The position numbers and the translations under genes were made by a program. Below are positions 42,379 to 42,716 of a DNA stretch of 42,716 bases, piece after piece. The DNA lies in sequence record PZ386962.1; one strand, 5' to 3'. The notes beneath the pieces were generated by a model, which was not told the DNA's origin, ran no database searches, and saw only the letters and a program-made list of their open reading frames with translations. The stretch is from a phage. Positions within the stretch are counted from its first letter, which is position 1. Each line of letters begins with the position of its first letter.

Positions 42379-42387
42379 GGAGAAACC

Positions 42388-42693
42388 ATGGCATCCGTGA
42401 ACAAGCAGCTCGACGGGCTGCACCGGATGCTGGTGGAGTATCTGTCCGACCGCTTGGCTGACGCTCGTAGGAAAGATGAACATGGTAACATCATCGAACC
42501 TATGGCGGCGGCTGAGCTGTCCGTACTTCGCCAGTTCCTGAAAGACAACGGTATTCAGGCTGATAAAGACCACGCAGATGACCTGCTGGCGCTGCAAGAG
42601 CAACTGAATAACGAAAAGACCGAGGCAGGTCGTAAGGATATTATGACCGCTGCCATTAACTCAATCGCAGAAGATAGCGGGATGATGCACTAA
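42388..42693 (+). CDS. terminase small subunit (T7 gp18-like)
   Basis: 101-aa helical protein directly upstream of terL when the window is read circularly; AAGGAGA RBS. Confidence 0.6.
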   Translation: MASVNKQLDGLHRMLVEYLSDRLADARRKDEHGNIIEPMAAAELSVLRQFLKDNGIQADKDHADDLLALQEQLNNEKTEAGRKDIMTAAINSIAEDSGMMH

Positions 42694-42716
42694 TGGATTT
42701 ACAACGCCGCATGGTG

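Noticed and set aside
1-42716. tRNA genes, rRNA genes, CRISPR arrays, integrase or transposase genes
   Set aside because: No cloverleaf-compatible conserved tRNA features, no direct-repeat/spacer arrays and no recombinase motifs were recognised by eye; the genome looks strictly lytic. A tRNA scan would be needed to exclude tRNAs formally.

Overview
This window reads as an essentially complete genome of a T7-like podovirus (Autographiviridae) with phiKMV/KP34-type gene order, all genes on the + strand. Identification rests on motifs and synteny read by eye; no database search was possible. The layout is: terminase large subunit (1-1737), a lysis cassette with a u-spanin-like lipoprotein, holin candidate and GH108-type endolysin (2622-3998), a non-coding left-end-like region (about 4000-5550) with an A-depleted GT-rich island, short direct repeats and four tandem sigma70-type promoters, then many small early genes (5557-11473), a DNA metabolism block (primase, HNH endonuclease, helicase, nucleotidyltransferase, family A DNA polymerase, second HNH, 5'-3' exonuclease, endonuclease VII-like, metallophosphoesterase, HAD phosphatase), the single-subunit RNA polymerase (23156-25588), and the structural module (portal, scaffolding, capsid, tail tubular A/B, three internal virion proteins, tailspike, terminase small subunit). 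The window appears circularly permuted: 24 nt after the terS stop at the 3' edge read in frame into the terL ORF at position 1. The points most worth follow-up are the A-depleted island, a promoter-like element present in inverted orientation at two loci, conserved hairpins with covarying stems between early genes, a run of small acidic early proteins, an HNH endonuclease separating primase from helicase, and a Pol-beta-type nucleotidyltransferase. No tRNA, rRNA or CRISPR array was recognised.
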